Positions 37,345-50,880 of a DNA stretch of 64,000 bases are shown here, in pieces. The notes under the pieces are model-generated. The model was not told the origin of the DNA. It did not search any database and saw only the letters and a list, made by a program, of their open reading frames with translations. Origin of the DNA: Raillietiella orientalis (Eukaryota); NCBI GenBank assembly GCA_036172245.1, contig JAYWIR010000001.1, positions 10,478,001 through 10,542,000 of the forward strand, read 5' to 3'. The translations under genes and the position numbers were made by a program. Positions within the stretch are counted from its first letter, which is position 1. Each line of letters begins with the position of its first letter.

Positions 37345-38160
37345 TCGGGTTTTCTTTTCTTTTTTTTATTCTCCAGGTGCCGAAGAACCGTTCTCTTCCT
37401 CAAGGGGGACGCTGTTCACCTCTAACGCGATCCACGCCACCCGGGGGCGCGTGTAACTCTTCAAATTTACTCTGAATAGACCACCCCATGATTCCAGGGA
37501 GGTCCCGGAGGAAGGAGTCCGTTCCTCTTATGCTTAGCAGGGAACTCCGAATGGAACCCCCGCCTTGCTTGTCTCCGAAGGGAACCCCGGCGGGAACCTC
37601 TTTCTTGTTCTCTCCGGAGGTATCCCCGGAGGGACCGTTCCCTGTTTCCTTTCCTTTCTTCCTTCAGGGAACCTGGAAAGGATCCACTCCTGGAATTTCT
37701 TCTCCGGAGGTCACTCTCAAGGGAACTTTGTTTACCCCTCTGAAGAGAACCCGGAAGGGACGCCTCCCAATTTTTCTGTAAGGCTCTTCCACAAAGCCAG
37801 CAGCACTCTTCTGGCACTCTGAAAAGGCAACTCCCCAAGAGGGGTATCGACTGGCTCCATAGAATGGATCCATCTTCCCGACCGGAGGGGAAAAACCCCG
37901 AAGGGCTCCCTGATGTCCTGGAAGTACCCCGGAGACTCAACTTCCGATCCCGGCCAGTCAACGGGGACATCCGGTTTCCGGCTGCTTCCACCGGTGTCGC
38001 ACCCGAAGCCTACATGTCAACGAGCGCCATCCTTCAGGGGTACTCGAAACCTACGACGCACCCATGTCTTTGGGGTCCATCTACCCCGGGTGGGATTCGA
38101 GTCCTCAACGGTTTGTAGCACTCGAGGAGACCGCAGCCACGCGGTCGGCAACGCGGATGC
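37345..38160 (-). mobile_element. SINE-like copy 5 (full length)
   Basis: Complete body, degenerate B box (GGGATTCGAGTCC on + at ~38092-38104), T-rich stretch (A-tail on minus) at 37345-37370. Confidence 0.8.
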
Positions 38161-38739
38161 GTGTGGTTGCGATCCTGCTGCTCCTCCGCGTCAGAGCAAC
38201 CACTTTCTGAACTCACACTGCTGTTCGCGCAGGCCCGCGTGCACCGTCCGCACGTTTACCGCGAGGGATTTTAAGGAGTGATCGGCTGATGGCCCCACGA
38301 GGCGGCTCATGAACAGTGGTTGTTCTGACTACGACTGCAAGTCGACCTGTGTGTGGGCGAACAGGTCGTCAAAGGAGCGTACTCGAGCAAGGGACATATT
38401 AGAGTTTATCGGTCACCAGCCGAGCAATCGAAACCTTGTAAAGGATTGGAGATGCGCGTTCAGCATGACCCTTGGTCGAAGTTCAAGGTCGCGTTCGCCT
38501 CCTGTTGGTCTTCGCTGTTTGCTTTGCTCGTGTTCCGCACCCCCTATCCAAGAAAACTCTTCGTCGCTTCCCCATCTTCTGAGAACAATCTGAATCGCTG
38601 ATCGCAAGGGCCCGCGAATATGCAGCCGTCTCCACCCTTTGGCTGCGTTTCACGGCTTGAATGTTGCGTTCAACACCCTGGTTGTCGTTTAGCAAAAATT
38701 GAAGTCCCGTTTCGGCAGAGCTAGTGAAATCCGGAAACG

Positions 38740-38965
38740 GGATGGGCGCTCTTCGGGGTGCGCTCTTCAAAGAATTTTGAAAGGGTCCCTTCAAGGTTCT
38801 CTTCAGAGGAGCGAACAAGGAGCGGTTTCCTTGCGGATGTCCTTCGGGGAATAAATTCCAGGAAGCGTGAGAGGGACGGATTCTTTCCTCCAGAGCCTTC
38901 CTGGGCTAACAGGGTGCTCTCTCCTCGGTTACATCCTAACTCGAGTACAGACCGTACATAAATTT
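38740..38965 (+). mobile_element. SINE-like copy 6 (partial)
   Basis: Reverse-oriented body motifs GTTCTCTTCAGAGG and GCGTGAGAGGGACGGA. Confidence 0.7.
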
Positions 38966-39299
38966 TCTGTATACTCTCGGTTTGGACTGAAAACTTGCGG
39001 TGCACCACGGCCATCAGGGTTAATTTTCGCAGTACCATCTTAAAAGTAATAGAACTCAATCCTCAGTAAGCAAAATATTTATTGGTAGGCACTCGCACAC
39101 GCGAGTCAAGAACCTCAGTTCCAAGGAAACTGTAACGATCTTTCCTAGAGAGAAGCAGGAAGTTGAACTTCAAGAAGGATTGCAACGAGGACCCGAACTT
39201 CGTGCACTCAAAGTTCTTCAGAGGGAGCCATGAATGGCAGCATAAACTGGCAGATCTCTGCTGTGAAGGCCAGAGAAAGAACGGATTGGTTGCAACTCG

Positions 39300-40100
39300 C
39301 AATGCTGCCCCCATCAAGATGAATATCTCGGTCACTTCCATCATCTCGTGAGATGCAGTGGAAATGAAGTTTTCCTCAAATGAACTCTGCAGTAATCGAA
39401 TCTGTTTTCCGAGATCTTCCTCCCTTTTACGTACCCCTCAAAACACTTTTGAAGTTGACTAAGACCTCAGACACGATATTGATTTTCTCTTTTCCTTTGT
39501 TGTTCGAGATTCCAATAAAAGAATTTTCCGGCTTGCAGATGTAGTCATGGGCAACAGCCCTTCCCATCGCCTCGATTCCTCCTCTAATAGTGTAAGTTAC
39601 GTGGAGATCGAATTAGGTCCTCATCCAGTGAAATCCTGACCACTGAATTCTCTTGCTTAGGGTGGTTTTTCTAAATCTTCCTTATTTCCTCTTAACGAGA
39701 TTTGAAAGTAGATTCCCCCATGCTCTTTTGCATGGGTAGTTTAAAAGTTGCCCATCGGTCCAGCAAACTGTGAACACAAATTTTTAGGAGTCACATGAAA
39801 TTTTCCATTGCTGCAGCCATGCTGGGGTTTTGCTGAATTACGAAATTGATTCTCTGAGACCAGCGAGCCGTCTGACAAAGTGCATATATCCATTTATAGA
39901 AGAAAAGGAACTGTGTCGTCACAAGCGGAAGGATGCCAATCCTGTGCAGTTTGATGCCTTGAAGTTTAAATCCTCGAGGTGCCTTCCTTCTTAGTCCTGT
40001 TTTGGTGACTTCTTGGAATGGATTTCACTTTATCAAGCCATGTGCATCCTCGGGCTCTGTCTAAACTAGGAAGAACACGAAACTAGGAATTTCACCATTC
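39300..40100 (-). pseudogene. Possible decayed FAR1/Mutator-like transposase
   Basis: DDT..FYKWIY (cf. DETxESYxW), FVIQQNPSMAAAM (cf. IITDQDxAMxAAI), EESRRWEGLL (cf. FExxWxxL). Confidence 0.35.
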
Positions 40101-40980
40101 CTTCCATGAGATGGGTTTCATTCCGCCCTTGCAACTGAGCCGACACGTGATTACTTCTGCTCCCCTCTCGAACGGATGACGCGTTTCCGCAAAGAAAGTC
40201 GAATGCCTCAACTCATTGGAATTGCCGGAAACTCCAGCTGACCAAGAGTCCCAGTCTAGATGCTGCTAAAGCCGGAAGCGACCTTCCTCTCTGAGAAAAG
40301 TCGCTCCATTTTCCCCTACTCTTGTCGGTTCCAGGAACCTCGTGAACGAGTTTACCATGAGCATGAGAATCGTGCAAGGGTCTCCTGCCGTCGCTTTTCT
40401 CGGTGGAAATATGAGTTCACAAAAGACGAGTTCTCTGGCAACTGAGGTTTCGGGACACTCAACTTTGTGAAAACAGTTGAGCTGCTTCTTCTAAGATCGA
40501 TTCCACTCTATGCAGTACGGAGAGCGTATCTCTTCTTTCTGATCTCCTCCACCCTTCTTTTCGCTTACCTCAAAATGGAAGGATTACAACTTCCTCCCAG
40601 ACTCTCTGGACCCCTTTCTGAAGACACGAACTGGCATGTCGTGTATGCATCCATCCCTCTGCTGAAACCAACACTGCTTGTCGGCGACGTCTTCTCCCTC
40701 ATGCAAAAGCGCCCGATAAACAACGCCAAGCGCAACAGGAAGGTCTGCTTCGAGGGGAAAGAAGCTCCTGGAAACCACTATGCTCTCTGACCTCGTGGTA
40801 CGCGCACGAGCGTCACATCCTGCAGATGCGTGCGGGCAGCGTCGACTGGGCGGAGGCACTGAGCTCCGAGAGAAGAGGAAAAAGCGTCGGCGTCGGCGAC
40901 GACCACCACCCACAAAGAAGACGCCAACAGCTTCCACTGTCGGGCCGAGTCCCAGCCCATCATGAAGCCTACCGACGTCA

Positions 40981-43900
40981 GCCACCCGAGGAACAAGAGC
41001 ACGGTCCCTTCCTGCGCCCAGAATCAGCTCGGATGTTCGGTCCAGCGATCGCCCTAGTGACCTCCCTGGGGAACGGGGAAGCCATCATCTACTCGCGCGC
41101 TACAGCCAGCAAGAACTCGATCCCTGCGCGCCTGTCCAAAGGCGAGATTTAGTCGGATAGCCCGCGCGATGCCCCTGCAAGCGAGCAGAACCCCAACGAC
41201 ACATCCGCCAGCTCCAAGAGCTCTCTGGGACAGCCCTACTCAGAACTGGTGCCTTCCCTAGCTCCCTCATGTCCTCCTCCAAGTTACACTTCAGCTCTTT
41301 CTTGCAAGTGTGGAGGTGGAAGCGGCCACCCTCAATCTCCCGGCACACGTGCACCTCTGCCGCTTTTCTTATTGGGCGCCACGCCATCACCAAGGTTGCT
41401 TTCAGCAGTTTGTCGCGCTGACGGCGTTGCCGTGCGCAAAGCCATCGGACAGAAAGACATCTCGAGCACCTGTGCTTTTCAGCGTATTCACGGATTCGGT
41501 GCAGAATAACGCTGGTCAACCTGCCCAGCACTTGGGCTGAAGCACGCCGGCCGTGGCAGCCGATGCAGACGGCCTGCTTCTCTTGCTGCCCACGCCGGTC
41601 CGGCGGCATCACTCTAAAAAGTCTTCGACCTTAAGTTGTTATGTTGCATTGCACAAGCTGCATCCGCACCTTCGTCACGGCTCAACACGTGCTGGATGGC
41701 AAACAGAACGAATAGAGGTCACCAGGGTTGCAGAATCCAGCATGAGGACGGCTGCTAGGTGGCCTCATCTTCAAGAAGAAGTCAGAAAGGAAAACTCCTC
41801 CGGAATTCAGCGCCGGCTCTGAGAAGAAAGGCCAAAAGACCCCTGTTTCCTACCACGCACATGTTTTTATATCTAACGAGCATCCCCTCCGTCCCGTTCT
41901 GGACTTTCAGTGACTCTCGTGTCGGAGAACGCACCTCTTGAACTTCTCGTCCCTTTGCCTGATCAATTTATTTATTAGATGGTTCGTCATTCGCGAATAA
42001 ACGTCACGGCACAACCGGGTAAAAAATGAACTGTGGCGAAGGCTGAGGCTGAAGTTTTGGTGCTCCATTACCAGGAGGACACCCTCTGTGGAGGTTCTTT
42101 CTCGCGCGCGGCGGACTCTCGGCTGGTGCAGTGATGGCAACGGCGTGTTGCATCCGCGACATCGTCACGGCCCGCCACGTGCTCGAGAAGACGACGCCCG
42201 CAGAGAAGAGAGGTGACCTGGGAGGCAGCCACCTCCCTTCACGAGGACGTATCTTAGGTGAACTCACCTGGAAGAAGAAGTGAAGGCAGAGATCGCCAGC
42301 TTCTAGCTTCGGCTCGAAAAAAGAAAGGAACGGCCGACACCGGTAACCTCACTTTCCCCTTCTTTCTTTCTTTCTTGTTTGTTCCGCCCCACCCGTTCCG
42401 GACTTTATTCTCGTTTTTTTCTCCTAGAAGGATTGGAAGAAATCAAAGATCTGGACACCCGCGCTTCCCATTTTAGTCCTCGTTTCTTGTTCCTTGCAGC
42501 GCAGCCGTAACCAGCTCCAACGAAACTTTCCGTCTCCAAAAAGAGGAAGCCACGTTTTTTCATTATGGCGCGTTTCGACTGATCGGATGTTGAGCAGAGA
42601 GGAACCATCAACACTTCCTCGCATCGTAATGTATCATTTTCTCCTTCTGTAAAACTTGCAATGCTCAGTACTTTATGAGGGCACAGCGGACCCTCGATGA
42701 CTTCGTTTGAAAGTTCTGCAAAGCTTGGAATCTGCTGCAGCGAGCTCACTCGACAGGTTCCACGCTGAAGGCCCTGAAATCCATCAACCGATGGAATGAC
42801 TTCGGACGAGCCGTGCACGTGCTGCTAAACTTCCTTCTTCACAACAGCTGCATCGAGACATCGAGCAGCTGCATGCTGCTCGATGTCTCGCTGCGCTTCC
42901 ATACGTATCCTCCGACCTGCCTTCAGGCGAAGATCGTGCCAAGAGTGCACGCCTGCTATTTCGGATACCACTTTAGGATGCGGCAACACGAGTTGAGATC
43001 AGTTTGCAACGGCTGCATTTCTGCGCTCGAAGACATTCAACGGAAAAACAGCGAAATTTCCGCCCTTGCACCTCACCTTGCACCTCTGATTCGAGACTGC
43101 GCAGAAGATGCCGGTTGCCAGGTGAGAAGAGAATGCCAGGTATCAACGTGGAGTTTGTTGCCGTTGATTTTCGCTGCTTTCTGGCAATCCGTGCAGGATA
43201 AACTCTGTCGAGCATGGCGTCCCAGGCAGGCAAATTCTTCTTTCCGAGTACTCACTGTCCATCTGTCTTTCATTTCTTAGAGTGCATGAATGATGGTTGG
43301 TTGGTACGGAGTGCTTTCCGAGGAATTGATGTCTTCCGTTGCGCACTGAGCAACGGAAGACATCAATTCCTCAGAAAGCGCCGCAAGGAACATCCACCTC
43401 TTTCCTGAACCTCGGAAACTCCATGGGCACCGGCCTGCCTGCTCTTCGGTCAGGGAAACTTCCATTTCATATTGATGGATTCCAGGTCACCACTGCACCC
43501 GCTTCAACCACTGACTTTTGGTTCCAGCCAGAGGATGCGGACTCGTCCGCATTCTCCAGTTCAGTCCCTCGTTTTTTACCTTGTTGTTCCGGGACTTTTG
43601 CACATAACTTGCTGCTCCCGTTGCCCCTGCCGACCGCGGCAAACGCGCTCGAGGCATTCCTGAAGGACATCTGCAGAGAGAGTAGGTGAACAGGCGAAAG
43701 TCGAAAATCACAGTCATGGATGAGGGATGGTGTCTTTCTTGGGGATTCCCAACTTACCTGGGGTTCGTTTCCCTTCCTCCCACACACACACACACACACG
43801 CACACACAAGATAAGCGTGGTCCGTCCGCTTGGAAAGGGCACAACGTGCCCTGGCCCGCTTTCGCGACGGGGAACTGTGGCTTCGCGAGAGGTCAGCAGC

Positions 43901-44495
43901 CTGGAACCGTTCCGTCGCTCCCAGTTGCTTTCCTTTGTGCGTCCCGGACACTGTTGGGTGCGCCGCCAGATGGCCAGGCGGAAGCAACAAACGCCAGTGA
44001 GGCTTCGCCAAATCCGGGGTGCGACAGAGACACTTGGTTCCTTCTCGCCAAGAAGGTGCGAACTCATCCTCCCCCGGATGGATGCAGATCCCGCAAAGCT
44101 CGTTCGGGAGATTGGTCCTCGTCACGAGGCTGCGGAACGCCCATCCGCAAGGGTGCGTCCCCTCGGGCATACGCCTGAAGAACGCAGGAAACTGCGAAGG
44201 ATGCTCCTTCTTGAGAAAGGGGATGGAACGGACCGATCTTTGGGTGCGAGGGCACCGGGGAGCGCTTGTGGGCAACCTTTTGTCCCGAAACCGGGAGAGA
44301 CCGCTCCGTCCCCCACTTCCGTCCCTTCCCTTCCCGATACAGGCCCTCGGAAATCAAGCGGAATACCAAGAGGCCGGTGGATCACATTCTCCATTTATTG
44401 ATTTATTCGTTGTTTCTTCCCTAGTCCTCTCCCTTGCGTGGGCAGTTCCTTTGGGTTCGTGCCGACCGGCGCATATCGGCCCTTCCTCTGTCCAT
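40981..44495 (-). repeat. Right arm of the large inverted duplication; contains mirror LINE fragments at ~40700-42026, 42051-42411 and 43835-44495 (+)
   Basis: Reverse complement of 12085-16130, lacking ~540 bp (left-arm ~12370-12910) at ~44205-44212 and with a (CA)n tract 4 nt longer. Confidence 0.97.
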
Positions 44496-44689
44496 AACTG
44501 TCTAATTTGGTTCTCAATAAATGGTCCAGCAATCCGGGATGAGAAAGGTCACATGGCTCACCATGCTTCTTGTGCGGAATGCTGAATCCTAAACACTTCC
44601 TATCTGTCACCTCCGTGTTCACTCAGCTTCTGTTCGCATCCGAAGGAAAAAAAGAATTAAGGGTAGGCTGAATTGAGGACCTTCTTGTT

Positions 44690-45130
44690 CCTTCAAGCAA
44701 AGCCAGTACAGCTATTCTGACACTCGTCATCCATTCTAATACTGGGAAACCGTCGTGGCTCTTGCTCGCTGGCACTAGCCATCCATTCCAATAGCAGGGA
44801 ACGGTCGCGGATTTTCTTCTCTCCGCGCTCGTGGAGCCGCGCCTTCCGGGGGAACGCGCCTCTGGAAGAGTCCGCGCACGGAATGCCAGCCGTCAACTTC
44901 CTGCCTCCTCCGAAGATCTGGACTTTCTTATTTTCCGAAATGCGTGTTATTTATTATTGTGACCTGCTCGCCGTGACGTCGCGGACGGAGCTCTGCGCTG
45001 AGCTTGCACTTGGGGAGCATTCTGGACGGGATACAAGCAGATCCCCTTAATTGGCGGAGGTTCAGAAGAGGCTGCGGTCCGCATCCGGAGCTCCAAGGTC
45101 GCAAGCAAACGCGGGATCAACTGATCTTGG
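44690..45130 (-). mobile_element. LINE zf-RVT fragment
   Basis: ORF 44693..44896(-): LTAGIPCA...ERGEKKIRDRSLLLEW. Confidence 0.5.
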
Positions 45131-46004
45131 GAAACGAGCGCTTCAAACGCCTATTTGTCGCTACCGGGCAACCCTGAAACGACAGCATTAAACGTGGAGT
45201 TAAAAAAGGAAAAAAAGCCCCCTAGTCAACAGACCGTCCGCTTGTTTGATGGTTTGAACTTTCGCAGTGTCAGCTGTTGAGTACCCGTGTTTTCCCTCTA
45301 CTCAAGAAACTCTCCGGAGCCACCACAAAGTTTCCGTGAACTTCCGCGTATGAAACAAGGGAATAATCACATCAGCCCAACTCGATGGGTACGTTCAGCA
45401 TACAGGAACCTGGGCTGTCTTCCGGTCGGCTTTCGTGTGCGTTTCCCAGGGCACCAAGATGACTTCATCCTTTTTTTTTCTCTCTTTTTTCTTGGAGGGG
45501 AGAAGGGGAAGAAAGTGAGGATTTTTTTTTTTTTTCCCTTCTCTTAAGCCCGAGGTGAATCTCGCGAGCTACACGGTGCCAAATCAGTCAGATAAGAAGT
45601 TCGAGGTAGGGAAGTTACAGGAACCCAAGTTTCTCGCGCTGCTTTTGTAAATCACCATCCTTTGGAAGAAGATGTGAGATGCTGAGCGCTGCTGAAAACT
45701 CGGGGAGATTTCCAGAGAGTGCTAACAGCGGAACGGTGTTCATCGGGTTCTGTTTGGGTTTTTTTCCCCGAGAGATACAGCGGCGCATCACGATTGTTTT
45801 CCCTTTTTTTTCCTTCCTCCTCTCGAGGAACCCCGTTTGCAATGCGGCGGGCGGGGAGGCAGTTCGCCTTCTCGTGTTCCCACGAATCTTTCCGCTGGGG
45901 GCTCGAGAGCTCAGCTCTCCGGCTCCGCACTCCCAGAAAAGTGGTGCCTCGTCCGCAGGCGGCAACAAGCTGCATCAATCCTCCCGTGGCGAAGTTCGCG
46001 GCTG

Positions 46005-47490
46005 CAGCCTCTGAGAGTGGCACCAAGCGTTGCGGGCTCGAATTACGCCCGGGGGGAAGGAGCGACTCCGAGAAATGGGTTCCGAGTGGGTTCCGAGTTT
46101 CCCCCGCAAGATGACGGTGGTTGGCGTATATTCGGGTACAGAGGCACTGTTGCAAGCTGAAAACCCCCCCAGGATGCTTTCGCTGGCTGGCTGGGATTAA
46201 AAGCTGACCCTCCAGGATTCTGCCAGTATCCAAAGAGCAGGTAACCTTCGGGGTTTCCTTCCGGTTGTGCAAATGGAGCCTTACTCTCCTCTCGGGGGAG
46301 ACTCCTATTTCGTACCACAGGGCTGGTGGACTGATACCTCGCCAAAGTGTTAAGAAGAGCGCTGCTCCCTTCGAGAAGCGCCATAGAGAAACTGGGAAGC
46401 GTGCTTTCGGGATTCTCTTTAGAGGAGCAAACAAGGAGCGTTCTGAACCCCTTCTGAGAAGATATGAGAAGCAGCTCTCCTCCTGAGAGAATATGGAAGA
46501 GGCTCCCTTCGGAGACAACCACTGCGTCTGTCTACAAGATCTCAAGCAGGAGGAAGCTGATGATTGAATGGACAATGGGGAGCAGGCGGATGCTGCGACC
46601 TCGAATGCTTTTCCACGAGCTGCTCGGTATTCTATCCGAAGACCTGGAGTGGCCCCCAGTGCTCATAAGCAACAGCACCCTCTCCCTGAATTGGCAAGAG
46701 TCGGCACTTTTGCTGCTGCACTGCAACGCGCGCCGACATCACTGGGGAGCGTGAGTTATTGCAGGTGGAGGAACGGGAATCCCTCTTGCACCTGCTCGTC
46801 GACTGCGTTGCCCTCCGGCCTATATGAGAACGTTTGGGAACGACCCTCCGGATCCTGGTTGCCATCACCCCTTCCCCCCCCCCCCCCAGGGGCGTTTTAC
46901 GGCTGCGGCATGCCCTGAATTCAGCCGCAGCTTCAGCAGCTCTCTGCTGCATCGGCGGGGTTGAGGCAGCCTGGAGCGAAGTCAATGGAGGGAGAAACGA
47001 GAGGGACGCCATCCAGTTCACAGTTCTTTCTGTGGATAGCGGCCAGATGGATTCACCTGGGCAACATACGGACGGACATAGCTGATATCCTGGAAAGGAT
47101 GCGGATTCCCTCCAGAAGATAGCAATCTCTCCCCGACCCTCCAAAAGAAGTTTATTTATTCTTTATTTACTCTTCATTTTTATTTTTATTTTTGTTTGCT
47201 CCGCTCTCGGGGTAACCCCGCCGGTCTGCGGACCGGCGACCAGGCACTCCGTGAACAGGCCGAATGTGGTAGGACCACGCGTTCTACCACAGTTTCTGAG
47301 TTTTTTTTCAATTTTAAGAAACGTCCGGGCATCTCTGGGTGGAAATTGGAGACAACCAGGGCGAGGGGTCCCTTAGGAGTATCCCCTACCAAGCGTGAGA
47401 GGAACGGACTTCTTCCTCCAAGTCCTTCCTTGATTCATAGAACGGTCCCTACCCGGGGTACCCCCTAACTTGAGGAGTTACTTGGGGTAA
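46005..47490 (+). mobile_element. SINE-like copy 7, split by a LINE insertion (46005-46521 and 47348-47490)
   Basis: Head GCGTTGCGGGCTCGAATTACGCCCGG at ~46027-46052. Body is interrupted at a duplicated GGAGACAACCA. Confidence 0.8.
46522..47347 (+). mobile_element. 5'-truncated LINE (subfamily A) with perfect 11 bp TSD
   Basis: TSD GGAGACAACCA at 46511-46521 and 47348-47358. LHCNARRHHW..YCRW..ESLLHLLVDC zf-RVT remnant. Structured UTR 47198-47290. Confidence 0.85.
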
Positions 47491-47494
47491 TCGT

Positions 47495-48510
47495 TGTGCT
47501 CCTCAGTCTCTTCCGGAACCATTCTCCAGAAGTGGGACGGAATCCTCCATTCGCGAGCAGCATCGCGGAACCCTCGAAGAATTTCGTGGCGTCGAGGCAT
47601 CCCTCGCACTTCTCTTCTCCTTTCTTCCCGTCCTTGCCGTCGCGAGCTTCTGTCCGCTGATGGGAGATCCCACTTATTCGAATGCAACTGCCAAACTCCG
47701 GAAGAACTTCACCCGTGCGCTTCCAGTGGAAATCGCCCCACTGTGGTTCTCTCGGCATTGGGAATCTGCTCGCTTCTTTGCCCTCGAGCACTCTTTGCGA
47801 GCGTGCAGAAAAGGACACGCTCAGGCGCGTTCCGGACTGTTTCCAAGGAGGCGAAGAAACGCGGATCGCGCGAGCGGAGCAGCAAGTCTTCACCGGCACG
47901 TAATTGCACGAGGCACCCTTCGGGGAGCGCCCAATGACTCCCGCAAGTCAGAGCGATCTTTTTTCTTCTCAAAGGTCCGCAAACCCAAACCAGGAATTAC
48001 TTGGGGCGAAAGGAATTTTCAAGATATTCGTTAGCCTTGGCAACATTCTGCTACTTCCAGGATGTCTGTCCAGGGTGGCTCGTACCGCTAGCGGGCGAAG
48101 GACGAGAATGCTTGCAGAATGCACCGCATGCTGAGATGCCGCATCCACATCTCTGTGATATCTGAGGCTGCTAAAAAGCGCATCCGAGTGAGAGCAGAAT
48201 CATGCCGGGCGGAAGGGGACCCGATGGGGAGGCGCTGCTTGTCATGTGGCAACGGGATGGAGATCGTTTTCGCACCGAACCCGGAGTTCGGAACGCGATT
48301 CCTCGTGACCGGCGTCAGAAGCTGAATTTCGTCACGTCTGCCGCCAATGCATCTTCTCGTCTCCCAGGAGGGACCTTTAGACTTGTTCTCTCCTCGGACG
48401 AGGTCAGATGTGCATTTCACTTGCCCCCAGAATGCATCCGCATAATAGATCGGATCCCCTTCATTGCGCCTTTTTCAGAGGTGCTGGGCAACGTCGTCAC
48501 TCTGCATCAT
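47495..48510 (-). mobile_element. Probable LINE endonuclease-linker remnant
   Basis: QWGDFHWKRTGEVL (cf. GxGYWKLNxSLL linker motif after the AP endonuclease) in ORF 47465..47899(-). Confidence 0.45.
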
Positions 48511-48789
48511 TTTTCATGCAGACTGGAGCATGCCCAATAGCGGATGCTTTGTTAGTATATCGAGTAAGCATCTCCTCGATTCCCGTGATGCTCTTAGACT
48601 CCGAGGGCATCGCTCACCAACGACCTCCTCCGTTATTTTCAAGAGTCCTGCAAAACGCGGAATGACATACACTGTTCCTCGAAAACACTGCGATAGAGGG
48701 TAAGGTTGGGTATGAGGGGGGTCTGAGAACGCAACTGTAAAATACTGACCCTTTGGGGTCCTTCCAGGAATCAAGGAGCCAATTCTTTT

Positions 48790-50880
48790 CTCAACTTGAA
48801 TTCTTTCCCATAACGCCCCGCAGCTGCGGGCAAGACTTACATCGTGGAATGGACGGCGGAGCATGACCGGTGGTTGTATGGCCTGGGTTCCAGGATTGAT
48901 GCGGGAGAGAACCAGCAGCTGTAAAAGGACGGTAGGCAACAGCGTGTGGGAGATAAGGCGATATCTGCAAAGGCAGCATCCCCGTTCCTATGGAAAATCT
49001 CGCAGGGAGTTTTCGGTGCGCGCGTCGCCGGAAAGAAATCAGCAGCAGCCACGATGAGCGACCGTAATGCTCGTCTTTCCCCTGCAGCCTGTCAGGACGG
49101 TCGATCTTCTCAGGACGGCATGACCACGAATGGTCCGTATCCTTCAACTTTCATCCTCTAGGTCGAACAGCATCTGCCTGCCAGTACAAGCACCCAGAAA
49201 ACTCGTCGTAGCCGCCACCACCACCACCACCATCCTTTTTCGTAAAGCCTTATGGGCCACTGCAAGGTCCCTGATCCTCTTGGAAGACATAATGGCACCG
49301 CGCCAGGATGCCAGCTAGGGCATCTTGTCCATTGAGAAGGTCAGACTGCAGATTCGATTCCGATTTCTCTCCCTACGTGGGAAACTGTGGTCCTCCCACG
49401 GGTGCACTCCTGCATGCTACATCCCCCAGCGACGCTTTGGGTGCACTTTTTTCGCTGCTGCCGCGCAACCTACTCCAGAGAACTGGATCCGGTTACCCTC
49501 TGAGGCATCTGTCCTTGTTACTGCTAGCTCATCCGTGGATCTCCTTTCCCTCTACAAATCGGAATGCTTGGCAGCAGGAGATCCTCCTTCTGCTAAGTGA
49601 AGCTCTGAATTGCCACTCTGGAAGGAACTGCAACCGCTGCAGGGTCTCCTACGCAAACCGCTGGGAGATCTCTTGCAGGATTGGACGCAGTGGTCCCAGA
49701 TAGCCGTCACACTCCTTGCCGCAGGGTTTTCTGCCTTCGGGGAAAGCAATAACAGCAGCTAACCGGCGAGGTAGGAATTGTCCTGCAGCATTGCAAGAGT
49801 CGAAGAATTCCCTGACGGCTGCAAGACAAGCGGGCTGGCGGACGGCGCCACTACTCGTTCCCGGCCCAACATACGCCGATTTCGGTAGAGTGACTCGGCG
49901 GAGTGACCTGCTTGTGTGATTCGCGAAAAACTCGCGGTCTCTTCCCTTTGCGTAGACACCTCCGTGTTCCCGCCACGCTGGAAACCGCAGGATGTTCTGC
50001 TGTTTCTGCACTGGGGATTCCAGTGCAATCAACGCACACATCAGGTTTCCGGGGGAAAGTGGCGTCTCCGAACTGTTCCAGGTGCGGCACGATGGAATCT
50101 CTCCTGCACCTCTTGTTGGACTCAAGAGCCCTCGACGATTTGTGGCGGACTCCCTTCGGCGCTCCGTCGACCTCAGCACACTGCAACGGACTTGCTGCGG
50201 CGATTTTTCACCGGAGGCGGGCTGAAGAAGAGCGCTGAGATCGCAACGAGATCCTGCATCCGCGCCATAGTATGGCAGTCCGTCACTTGTTGGAGTCAGG
50301 TTTGCGGCGGATGAAGGCCGCCAGCGTGGCACCCGCCTTCATGAGTATGGCTGCAAGATGGCCTCATCTGCCAGAAGAAGCCATCAGAGAGATCGCCACT
50401 ATCCAGAGTCGCTTCTAAAGAGGAAGGAACGTCTCACACCACAGACTCCTCACCTCCCCCCTCCCATCGTCCATCTTTTTTTGTTTATTTATTGTCCTCT
50501 TCCTCCATTCCCTACTTTTAGGAAGCCGCGGTGCTCGCAGTCCGCTACGGCGGGCACGCTGCTCTTGTTGAGCCCGCGGCAACGACCACGCCTTTTTATT
50601 CGTGAGGATCCCACCTCCTCCTCCTCCTCCTCCCAACACATCTGGTCCTCGGACCAAGGGCCACGGTCCTTCCGGTTGGCGAGCGTGCGACTTGACCTGC
50701 GTGCCGGAGGTTATCCTGGATGAGCTTTCTTTGGACGGGGGGAAGGGGGGGGGGACCATTTCTTGTTCTTTGAGGGAATACTCTTCTTTTCTTCTCCTCT
50801 AACTCTAACTTCTCTTCTCTAACTTGTGGTTCGTTTTGTTTTTGCAAAATAAAGGTCCCGGCATAACCGGGTAAGAACCC
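48790..50880 (+). mobile_element. Longest LINE fragment (subfamily B): RT C-terminus to 3' end
   Basis: LLFLHWGFQCNQR / GKVASPNCSRCGTMESLLHLLLDSRALDDLWR. Terminus AATAAAGGT-CCCGG-cataa-CCGGG at 50848-50871. Confidence 0.85.

Noticed and set aside
12085..44495. Giant DNA transposon or Polinton bounded by 4 kb TIRs
   Set aside because: The arms are mosaics of dead LINEs, identity falls toward the outer ends, and I saw no TSD and no intact transposase, integrase or polymerase inside.
45652..46575. Longest ORF in the window (307 aa, minus)
   Set aside because: It runs antisense through SINE copy 7 and adjacent repeat DNA. No recognisable domain, and the frame is not kept in other SINE copies.
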